Assembly (NCBI GenBank): GCA_001772865.1
Contig: MEVD01000015.1
Coordinates: forward strand, 88,252 to 152,167
Source: a candidate division WWE3 bacterium RIFCSPHIGHO2_02_FULL_38_14
GTDB taxonomy: Bacteria; Patescibacteriota; WWE3; UBA101185; UBA10185
Length of the DNA stretch: 63,916 nucleotides
Reading direction: 5' to 3'
Every line of letters starts with the position of its first letter. Position 1 is the first letter of the stretch. A model generated the notes under the pieces. It did not search any database. It was given only the letters and a program-made list of their open reading frames with translations, and was not told the origin of the DNA. Made by a program: the position numbers and the translations under genes. This document shows, one piece after another, positions 38,556 to 46,843 of this stretch.

Positions 38556-38572
38556 TTTCAATAATCTCTCAG
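38556..38572 (+). promoter_or_regulatory. Direct-repeat site copy 4, upstream of L,D-transpeptidase
   Basis: TTTCAATAATCTCTCAG differs at 2 of 17 positions from the 4602 copy; 25 bp before GTG 38598. Confidence 0.45.
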
Positions 38573-38597
38573 CAAGATAAAGTGATAATATAATAAT

Positions 38598-39914
38598 GTG
38601 AAAATCAAACTGGTGCTACTTATAGTTATTCCCGTTATTTTTTCATACTGGTTCTTGTACAATCTTTCAAATAGACCTATTACAGTCTTTAGAAATAATA
38701 TCAAAGCGGGCAATATCGATCTCTCCAGAAAGACTTTAAATTCCGGACTGGAATTGCTGAGAACATCAATAAACACCCCAATATACCTAAATATTGAATC
38801 ACAAAGCAGAGTAGTAACACTTGAAGATTTAGGTATTTCTTACGATGAAAACGAACTGCAGAAAGCAACAGAAACATGCCGGTTCAGAAAACCTCTGATA
38901 TTTTGCCGTAATACTTCTAATGAACCTATTAATCAGGATGAATTTGTAGTGGTTGACGATACACAGCTGTCTCAATATTTAGAAGAATTGGAGAATGAAT
39001 TTAAATTTATTTCAAAAAACTCTATCATTTCTTTTTATGATTATTCATTTATTGCGCCCAGCGAAAGCGCTGACATTTCTTTAAATAAGGATATATTTAT
39101 TAACAAAAATAGTTTAGCTCAAGTAATAGACACCAAAGATATTAAAATTAAGTTAAATTTAGAAACAAAAGACGATTTAAATAAGCAAAAAACCTCCACA
39201 AACAATTTAATCGAAAATATAACAAACCCGCTTTTAATAAAATACGGCAGAAATCCAGTATATATTCCAAAAAATACACTTAAAAGTTTCATATCATCAA
39301 AAGAAGAAAACGATTTGATAAAAAACTATATTTTAGAGAATAAAGTTAAAGACTATCTTGATAATATAAAAGACAAGTACGAAAAAGACGAAGTTATAAT
39401 ACTCGAAAAAGAAAGCATCAGAGCGATTCAAATGGCACTATTATTCAGAGCTACGGACTATAAAGTAAACAACGCTGTAATACTGCCGATTGAAGGTATG
39501 CCCAGAACAAACGGTGAGCTTCACAACAAATATCTTGAATTAATAAAATCACAGCAAAGACTCTACAGATTTGAAAAAGGAAAACTGGTTAAAACCTACA
39601 TAGTTTCAACAGGATTAACATGGGAAACACCTTCCGGGGAGTACACAGTTTTGGGCAAACAAAAAATGACGATTTCTTATTTTGGCAATTGGTACATGCC
39701 TAACTACTTGCCTATAGGATATATAAACGGTCAGTACAGGTTCGGTTTTCACGCAATTCCTTATCATATGGACGGTTATGGAAATATCTATTCAAGAGAT
39801 GAAAATACCATGGGAAGCCCTGCTACAGGGGGATGCATACAGCTTACTTATGATGAATCTCTGGAATTATTTGAATGGGCAAATGTAGGTTTACCTGTTT
39901 ATATTTATGAGTAG
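38598..39914 (+). CDS. L,D-transpeptidase (YkuD domain) with N-terminal anchor and PG-binding-like region
   Basis: VSTGL...TPSGEY, FGFHAIP, ATGGCIQL. Confidence 0.85.
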   Translation: MKIKLVLLIVIPVIFSYWFLYNLSNRPITVFRNNIKAGNIDLSRKTLNSGLELLRTSINTPIYLNIESQSRVVTLEDLGISYDENELQKATETCRFRKPLIFCRNTSNEPINQDEFVVVDDTQLSQYLEELENEFKFISKNSIISFYDYSFIAPSESADISLNKDIFINKNSLAQVIDTKDIKIKLNLETKDDLNKQKTSTNNLIENITNPLLIKYGRNPVYIPKNTLKSFISSKEENDLIKNYILENKVKDYLDNIKDKYEKDEVIILEKESIRAIQMALLFRATDYKVNNAVILPIEGMPRTNGELHNKYLELIKSQQRLYRFEKGKLVKTYIVSTGLTWETPSGEYTVLGKQKMTISYFGNWYMPNYLPIGYINGQYRFGFHAIPYHMDGYGNIYSRDENTMGSPATGGCIQLTYDESLELFEWANVGLPVYIYE

Positions 39915-39968
39915 ACAATTACCAATATACTACTTGATATAAATTATTAAATTAATTATCATTATTTT

Positions 39969-41147
39969 ATGAATAAAAAACCTGCCAAATCAATTGATCT
40001 TTACGTAGTACATTTCCCATTAATTATTTTAATAGTGATTTTAGCCTTAGCTGGTTCATACGCATTGGTTCAAAGCAATAAATCATCCGACAAATCAGAA
40101 AATGTATTAAGCTCAGGAAGCGGGAAAGACGGAGATAATGATGAGGATGAAGACAAAGATGAAGACGAAAAAGATCAAGATGAAGATAAAGGCAAAGAAG
40201 ATGAAAAGGACAAAGATGATGATAGGAATTCCAGTAACAGCGGAAGCGGGTCAAGTAATTCCGGATCCGGTTCGGGAAGCTTTAATACTGTAAGCTCATC
40301 CAGTATAGAAGACGATGATGAAGACAGTGATGAACTAAATGAAGTGGAAAATGAAATCGAGGATGAATTTGAGGAAAGCGAAAGTGAAACTAAAACATTA
40401 GAAAGAGTAGAAAATTCAAATGGAACTATATCCTTTATTAAAAGAGAAATAGAGGGGGATAAGGTTAAAATCGAGATCAAAACGTATGACGCTAACGGAA
40501 ATCTGGTAGGGAAAAGCAAAGTTGAACAGGAAGGTAGTAAAAAATCCGAATCAAATATAAGAGAGTTTAACGCTATCGGGACTCTTTTAAAATCATTTGA
40601 ACTTAAAACAGAGGATGGGAATGAACTTAAACTTAAGATTAAAGAAGCAGTATCGCCAACTTTAGCCACAAAAGTTAAATATGATTTATTTGAGCAAGAA
40701 ATTGAGTTGGAGTTGGAAGATGAAGACGAAGTAGAAGAATCAACCGGATCTCAACCTCAAGCATTAAATACTTTAAGAATCAGAGCTAAAAATGACAAAT
40801 TTGAGCTTAGACAAGGAGGTACGAAAGTTTTAACCAATTTTCCTATAACTATTGATCCGGTTACAGGACAGCTTTTCGTGACTACTCCCAACGGATTGGT
40901 TGAACTTAAAGAAATGCCTGACGTAATAGTTCAAAAAGCCACGGCAAACCTGGATACTACTCAAAGTGTCGACTTAGACAGCATTAAAAAACTGGAATAT
41001 AAGTTTGTTGGAACCAGATCTGAAAAATTGTTAGGACTTTTCCCGATAACCATCCCGGTAACAGCTTATTACGACGCCCAAACCGGAAATCTGGTTGAAG
41101 AACAGATATCGTTATTAAATAAAATACTGGCTTTAATAAGCTTCTAA
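39969..41147 (+). CDS. Secreted protein with acidic/Ser-Gly low-complexity region
   Basis: N-terminal TM; D/E/K- and S/G-rich tracts; folded C-terminus (KLLGLFPITIP...DAQTG). Confidence 0.55.
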   Translation: MNKKPAKSIDLYVVHFPLIILIVILALAGSYALVQSNKSSDKSENVLSSGSGKDGDNDEDEDKDEDEKDQDEDKGKEDEKDKDDDRNSSNSGSGSSNSGSGSGSFNTVSSSSIEDDDEDSDELNEVENEIEDEFEESESETKTLERVENSNGTISFIKREIEGDKVKIEIKTYDANGNLVGKSKVEQEGSKKSESNIREFNAIGTLLKSFELKTEDGNELKLKIKEAVSPTLATKVKYDLFEQEIELELEDEDEVEESTGSQPQALNTLRIRAKNDKFELRQGGTKVLTNFPITIDPVTGQLFVTTPNGLVELKEMPDVIVQKATANLDTTQSVDLDSIKKLEYKFVGTRSEKLLGLFPITIPVTAYYDAQTGNLVEEQISLLNKILALISF

Positions 41148-41178
41148 TAGACCTGATACTAATAACAAAATAAAAAGT

Positions 41179-41508
41179 ATGAAATTGCTTTTAAATCTAA
41201 TAATTAATACTGTTTCGGTTTATATAGCTGCATATATAGTACCTGGAGTTAAAACAGATTTATTGGGGGCGGCCATTGCATCAGTAGTGCTGGGGGTCCT
41301 AAACACTTTTTTAAAACCAATACTTCTGTTGCTTACTCTTCCGATTACAATTTTAACGCTTGGCCTTTTTGCACTGGTTCTTAATACGATTATAGTTTTA
41401 TTAGTAAGTGTTTTAGTTCCGGGCTTTGTGGTGGATTCGTTTTTATCGGCATTCTTATTTGGTATATTATTATCTTTGGTAAGCTTTTTCCTCAACAGAT
41501 TAAAGTAA
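41179..41508 (+). CDS. Phage-holin-family (YvlD-like) membrane protein
   Basis: LNTFLKPILLLLTLPITILTLGLF signature. Confidence 0.85.
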   Translation: MKLLLNLIINTVSVYIAAYIVPGVKTDLLGAAIASVVLGVLNTFLKPILLLLTLPITILTLGLFALVLNTIIVLLVSVLVPGFVVDSFLSAFLFGILLSLVSFFLNRLK

Positions 41509-41550
41509 ATAAGCCTCACATAGCACTATAAAGTGCTAAAATGTACCTGA

Positions 41551-42867
41551 ATGACGCCTGTAATAAATATTTCAAAAATCAAAACACTAAAGTTAATTAT
41601 TTTTTTGTACTACTTCTTCGCTTTCGCTATTTCTTACCATACAGTTGTAGGGATAAACACCTTAATAATTCCTACACTCTACGATCTCGGTCGGATCTTT
41701 GGCACTTTAGGATTTTCGGGAATAATTTTGCAAATGATACTTTCTTCCAGAATAAACATCTTGGAAAAAGGAGTGGGGTTGGATAGGCTGTCCAGATGGC
41801 ACAAATCAAATTCCCGTGCTGCTTTTTCTTTTATTCTACTTCATCCGTTTTTGCTATTTTTTATATTTATAAAACAATTTAACTTTGACTTTTTAAAAAA
41901 CTTAACATTTTATGAATGGCTGGGTATTATTGCTCTCTTGCTTTTAATAATTTTTGTAAGCTTTACTGTATTTTCCAACCGATTAAATATTAAATACGAA
42001 ACGTGGAAATTAACTCATAAAACCGCATATATCGTGATTCTTTTGGCTGGTGTTCACAGCTTTATGGTCCGAAGTGGAATTTACTATAAAAAACCTCTTT
42101 TTTATTGGTGGATATTAGTTATTTTACTGGCTGCCATAACATTATTTTTAAAATACTCCACCAAAAAAAGGCGTATTTTTAAAATCACTGATATTATAAG
42201 CGAGACTCAAAATACCAGAACGGTTAAATTAGAACCGGCAGACAATAAAAATATGTTCGAATATAAACCCGGGCAGTTTGCTTTTATCACCTTTTTATCG
42301 GGAAGTCTTCCCAAAGAACAACATCCTTTCACAATATCATCTTCCCCCAACGGAAAGTTTTATACCCACACCATTAAAGAATCGGGAGACTTTACTAATG
42401 AACTTGGCAAATTGCAAATAGGGGATTCGGCAGTAGTAGAAGGACCATACGGTGTTTTTTCAAATTATGGACTGGATGGTCCTTTTGTATTTATTGCCGG
42501 TGGAGTAGGCATAACTCCGTTAATGAGTATGATAGAATTTAATGCTTCTCAGCCTAAAAAAGAAAATATAATTCTTTTCAACAGTGTACGGACCCAAAAC
42601 GATATAATTTTCAAGGACGCGCTTAACAAACTGGAAAAGCAGGGTGAATGGCTCAGAATTGTTTATATATTTTCCGATGAAAAATCGGGTGCAAATTATT
42701 ACGGGCATATTAATAGCGGAATAATAACCAAAGAACTTGATTATTTAGAGCTTTACAAGTATTTTATATGCGGACCTCCAAATATGATGTACAAAGTGAA
42801 AATAGAACTAATAAAACTAGGTGTTAATAAAGATAAAATATTTACGGAGGAATTTAAACTTAGATGA
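41551..42867 (+). CDS. Ferric reductase-like transmembrane + FAD/NAD-binding oxidoreductase
   Basis: Four TM His (RWH..LLH, LTH..GVH); QHPFTISS, EGPYG, AGGVGITP, CGPP. Confidence 0.9.
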   Translation: MTPVINISKIKTLKLIIFLYYFFAFAISYHTVVGINTLIIPTLYDLGRIFGTLGFSGIILQMILSSRINILEKGVGLDRLSRWHKSNSRAAFSFILLHPFLLFFIFIKQFNFDFLKNLTFYEWLGIIALLLLIIFVSFTVFSNRLNIKYETWKLTHKTAYIVILLAGVHSFMVRSGIYYKKPLFYWWILVILLAAITLFLKYSTKKRRIFKITDIISETQNTRTVKLEPADNKNMFEYKPGQFAFITFLSGSLPKEQHPFTISSSPNGKFYTHTIKESGDFTNELGKLQIGDSAVVEGPYGVFSNYGLDGPFVFIAGGVGITPLMSMIEFNASQPKKENIILFNSVRTQNDIIFKDALNKLEKQGEWLRIVYIFSDEKSGANYYGHINSGIITKELDYLELYKYFICGPPNMMYKVKIELIKLGVNKDKIFTEEFKLR

Positions 42868-43802
42868 AATATGACAAAGCAAAGTATTTATTAATCGGTA
42901 TAATCATTTTAGCTATACTATCGTTTTTATCTTTTAAACAAATCGTTCTGTTTAAACCCAGCGGAACTATAGTTAAAGTTCAAAACACCCAGGATCCTTT
43001 ACAAGTAAACCCACAAACAAGACCGGAGGAAGTGATTAAAATCTTCCTGACAAATCTAAATCAAAGCGAACTATTAAAAGCTTGGGATTTATTGACAAAA
43101 AGTCTTCAAAAAAGTGTTGAAGATACAAACCCAGGAAATTCTAATATGCTTTATAAAATACTAAATGCGGTTAAAATCGAAAATCCCGAGTATACCTCTG
43201 TAGAAGTTATAAATAATGGTTTTACCGACGGGGTATATAAAATGGATTTAAAACTCATATATCCCAATGATATTGTGGTTAGATCTTTAAAAATGATAAT
43301 CGAGGATGAAATTTGGAAAATAAAAGAGGTAACTGATGTGGAAACTTTGAAAGCGACGGATACACAAGCGGTAAATAGCTGGAAAACTTTAAAGAACACT
43401 TTATTCGAAATAAAATATCCTCAAAATTGGATAATAAATAAAAATATCCCCGAAGATACTATAATTCAAAATATAAGTAAAAGCCTGGACAAAGTGTCCG
43501 ATTATCCTGCAGGTGCGGCAAAAATACAAATCAACATTTTAAAAAGCGATCCTGAGAAACCTATAAACAGCGTAATAAGCTGTGAATCCATACCTAATTT
43601 TTCCTGTAAATACGTCTATTTGAACGGTCAGATATTCAAAGAATTAAAAGCTAATACAGGTTCCACATCTAAGATTACTTTCATATATGTAGGCAATTCA
43701 ACAGATAAAGACGTTCTTATAACTTCTGCTGTAAACGTAGAAAATCAACCTGAAATGGAAAATATGTTGAAATCAGTAGTTTCTACATTCAAAATGCTAT
43801 GA
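42864..43802 (+). CDS. Exported hypothetical protein (NTF2-like + PsbP-like domains)
   Basis: N-terminal TM; PEEVIK.F...AWDLL; FEIKYPQNW; KSVVSTFK end. Confidence 0.45.
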   Translation: MKYDKAKYLLIGIIILAILSFLSFKQIVLFKPSGTIVKVQNTQDPLQVNPQTRPEEVIKIFLTNLNQSELLKAWDLLTKSLQKSVEDTNPGNSNMLYKILNAVKIENPEYTSVEVINNGFTDGVYKMDLKLIYPNDIVVRSLKMIIEDEIWKIKEVTDVETLKATDTQAVNSWKTLKNTLFEIKYPQNWIINKNIPEDTIIQNISKSLDKVSDYPAGAAKIQINILKSDPEKPINSVISCESIPNFSCKYVYLNGQIFKELKANTGSTSKITFIYVGNSTDKDVLITSAVNVENQPEMENMLKSVVSTFKML

Positions 43803-43864
43803 TTTATTTCTGGCTGTGAAATATTAGTAGTATGAGTTATACTGTCTTGATATACTAGATATTT

Positions 43865-44941
43865 ATGGATGGATTACTCGGAAAAGAATACCTGAAAAAC
43901 TACATAAAAAACGTCAAAAGCATAATCAACAATTATCTTAAGAACGAAGAAGAAAAGGCTAAAGACGTTGGAAAGATTCCGGCGGAGGCTGTAGAACATT
44001 TCAATAACCTGGCGGCAGAAGGCAAAGGTATTAGGGGGTGTTTGGTGAGTTTGGGATATGAAGCAAATGGAGGCACAAAAATGGAAAACATTTATGAGAC
44101 TTCCACTTTTATAGAGATATTTCATTCGGGGGTATTGGTGCATGACGATTTTATGGACAGAGACAACAAAAGAAGGGGAGTCGAAACTCTAAATTCTATA
44201 TACAAAAAGTACGGGGAAAAGATAAAAGTTAAGACTGATCCCCTTCATTATGGAAACTCAATGGCTGTTTCTGTGGGAGATGCCACTTTATACATGTCAT
44301 GGGAAATACTACTTAACTCTAACTTTCCTCCTGAAAGGATAATTGAGGCCGGAAAAATTTATGCAAAATACGTAATTAGGCTTGCCCATGGACAGGTTTT
44401 GGATATTACCTCCGGTGCGCATGAAGATATAACGGAAAAAGAAGTTTTAAATATTTTATGGACTAAATCCGGTGAATACACCTCTCTTTTACCATTAATG
44501 GTAGGTGCAACCTTAGTAGGTGATATTCCTGAAAAAAGAAAAAAAGCAATCGAAAATTATGCCAGGTGTTTCGGGTGGGCATTTCAAATTCAGGATGATT
44601 ATTTAGGAATTTTCGGCGAGGAGGAAGAAACTAGAAAACCAATAACTTCCGATCTAAGAGAAGGTAAAAATACTTTATTTATGTTTAACTTGAGAAAACT
44701 TGGCAATAATGAACAAAAAGCATTTCAATCCTCTGTTTTAGGAAGAGAAGATGTAACTAAAGATGATGTATATAAAATGAGAGAAATATTACGGGATTCC
44801 GGAACTTTGAATAATGTTCTTAAAAAAGGATGGGCTTATGTAGAAGAAGGAAAAAAATACATCGGCGATATTACAGATGATAAGAATATGCAAAATATCT
44901 TTGAATCATTACTGGTATTTATGATGGAAAGAACTAAATAA
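43865..44941 (+). CDS. Polyprenyl synthetase (trans-prenyltransferase)
   Basis: GKGIRG, HDDFMDRDNKRRG (FARM), GQVLD, FQIQDD (SARM), DLREGK. Confidence 0.93.
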   Translation: MDGLLGKEYLKNYIKNVKSIINNYLKNEEEKAKDVGKIPAEAVEHFNNLAAEGKGIRGCLVSLGYEANGGTKMENIYETSTFIEIFHSGVLVHDDFMDRDNKRRGVETLNSIYKKYGEKIKVKTDPLHYGNSMAVSVGDATLYMSWEILLNSNFPPERIIEAGKIYAKYVIRLAHGQVLDITSGAHEDITEKEVLNILWTKSGEYTSLLPLMVGATLVGDIPEKRKKAIENYARCFGWAFQIQDDYLGIFGEEEETRKPITSDLREGKNTLFMFNLRKLGNNEQKAFQSSVLGREDVTKDDVYKMREILRDSGTLNNVLKKGWAYVEEGKKYIGDITDDKNMQNIFESLLVFMMERTK

Positions 44942-45190
44942 TTATTCGCTGTTGTTTCCGGTAGCTTTTTCCTCTTCTTTTTCTTCCTCTAGGCGCTGCT
45001 GCTTAGATAAATAAACACAGTAAGCATATCCTATAAGACCCGCCGCCAAGATTCCAACGCCCCATCTTACGGGATGGTCCAAAGCTAAAGGCCTACTCAA
45101 TAAAATACCCAGACCGAAACCGATTAAAATATTAACAAATGAATTGGAACATTGAGGGCATCTGACACATTTGCATTTATAGCCGTTCAA
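44942..45190 (-). CDS. Small membrane protein with Cys-rich N-terminus
   Basis: CKCVRCPQC, two TMs around HPVRWG, acidic tail. TTG start at 45190 lies 8 nt after SD GGAGG. Confidence 0.55.
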   Translation of the reverse strand: MNGYKCKCVRCPQCSNSFVNILIGFGLGILLSRPLALDHPVRWGVGILAAGLIGYAYCVYLSKQQRLEEEKEEEKATGNNSE

Positions 45191-45195
45191 AACAA

Positions 45196-46077
45196 TCACC
45201 TCCCAGCGCGGATTTTTTCCATTAATTTTATACCTGCCAAAACCAACACTGTCACAATCGCCGGATATACCTTTTTATAATGCTTGGAATAAAACAACTT
45301 CATGGCTTTAACTGTATTTTCCCTGGCGAGTTTTTTTGTTTCAGCTCCCGCCGGAGAAATATCACTTGAAGTTTTGCGTACGCCTATGGTTGCACCTTTA
45401 TAATGAACTGCTTCAAACTGGGGAATGTACATAATCTTCCATCCTGCTTTTTTAGTTCTATAGCAGAAATCAACGTCTTCTCCATAAAGGAAGAAGTCTT
45501 CGTCCCAATTTCCTATAGTATTAAATACTTCTCTCCTAACCATCATAAAATGCGAGATGCACATATCAATTTCATGAGGTACTTCCATATTTTGATAACC
45601 TAAGAAATATCTATTTAATAGTTTTGACTTGGGAAAAATTCTGTTAAGACCAATAAAATGAGTAATAGAAGCCCATGGCGTAGGAAATCCTCTGTGAGCA
45701 TCAAGGTCAATCTGTCCGCTCCTTAAAACCAATTTGCACGTTGATATACCAACTTCTTTATTAGTATCCATAAAAGCAATAATGCCTTTTATTGTTTCCT
45801 TTTTGGGAAAAGCGTCTGAACCTAAATATAATAAATATTCTCCAGTTGCATATTTAAACCCCAAATTATTTGCTACAGCCAATCCTTCATTGTTTTCATT
45901 TTCAATCAACGTCACCCATTTAAATTCATATTTAACCATTTCTGCCGAGTCATCCTTAGATGCGTTATCAACTACGATAACCTCAAAATCGTTGTATATT
46001 TTATCTAAATTTTTCAGACAATCTCTTAAAATATCCTTTGTATTATAGTTGACAATTATTATGGATAATTTCTTCAT
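45196..46077 (-). CDS. GT2-family glycosyltransferase
   Basis: IIVNYN, VDNASKD, NEGLAVANN, FLYGEDVDFC. Confidence 0.92.
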   Translation of the reverse strand: MKKLSIIIVNYNTKDILRDCLKNLDKIYNDFEVIVVDNASKDDSAEMVKYEFKWVTLIENENNEGLAVANNLGFKYATGEYLLYLGSDAFPKKETIKGIIAFMDTNKEVGISTCKLVLRSGQIDLDAHRGFPTPWASITHFIGLNRIFPKSKLLNRYFLGYQNMEVPHEIDMCISHFMMVRREVFNTIGNWDEDFFLYGEDVDFCYRTKKAGWKIMYIPQFEAVHYKGATIGVRKTSSDISPAGAETKKLARENTVKAMKLFYSKHYKKVYPAIVTVLVLAGIKLMEKIRAGR

Positions 46078-46099
46078 TGATAATATAATATCACTTCGT

Positions 46100-46843
46100 T
46101 CAGATCTTTTTTGCCACTACAGTAATAGTTGTTCCTATAGGAAGTTTCATTTTTGTTAACAATTTTGCTTCGATATCCATAACTTTAATTGCAAAGTTAT
46201 TCAGAAAACTTGGAAGGGCTATGTATGAAGTCTTCGGATATGCGTTTCTTTTAAATAGGGTAGTAATAGTTCTAATTAAGAATATAGGGAAAAATGCAGT
46301 TGTGACAAAATACGAATACTTAACAATTTCAAAACCCGAATCTTTAAGCTTCTGCTTTATTTCAACACTGTGGTATCTCCTTCTATGGTGTAATGCTTCA
46401 TCATGCTCACTCCATAAAAATTTATGTGCTGGTACATTTACAATAAAATGCCCTCCCTTTTTCAGCATAAAATGAGCTCTTCTCATTGTTTCCAAATCAT
46501 CCTGAATATGCTCTAAAACATCCAAAGCCAAAATAAAATCGTATTTTTCTTTATCCTGTGAAATATCCAAATTATTGATATCACCAAGTACAACATTTTC
46601 AATATTTCTTTCCAAGCAAAAATTTATTGCTTCTTCGGAAATATCTACTCCTTTAACATTCCCGTATTCCATTAGAGATTGAGTGATTTCACCGGTTCCA
46701 CACCCTATTTCCAGGATTTCTAATGGTAAGTTTCTTCCCGGATTGTACATTTCTATCAGATTTCTGACCAGAAATAATTTTCCTTTATGCCACCAAAACG
46801 ATTTTTCAAATTCGGCCATTCTTGTGTATTCTAATTGCTGCAT
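46100..46843 (-). CDS. Class I SAM-dependent methyltransferase
   Basis: LEIGCGTG, GVDIS, DVLEH, VPAH; family typical of glycosylation clusters. Confidence 0.9.
   Translation of the reverse strand: MQQLEYTRMAEFEKSFWWHKGKLFLVRNLIEMYNPGRNLPLEILEIGCGTGEITQSLMEYGNVKGVDISEEAINFCLERNIENVVLGDINNLDISQDKEKYDFILALDVLEHIQDDLETMRRAHFMLKKGGHFIVNVPAHKFLWSEHDEALHHRRRYHSVEIKQKLKDSGFEIVKYSYFVTTAFFPIFLIRTITTLFKRNAYPKTSYIALPSFLNNFAIKVMDIEAKLLTKMKLPIGTTITVVAKKI

Noticed and set aside
40024-40669. Minus-strand Ser/Leu-rich ORFs
   Set aside because: Antisense of the acidic low-complexity tract of 39969-41147.
41179-41508. Holin as evidence of a prophage
   Set aside because: This holin-like family is common on chromosomes, and there are no phage structural, lysin or integrase genes around it.
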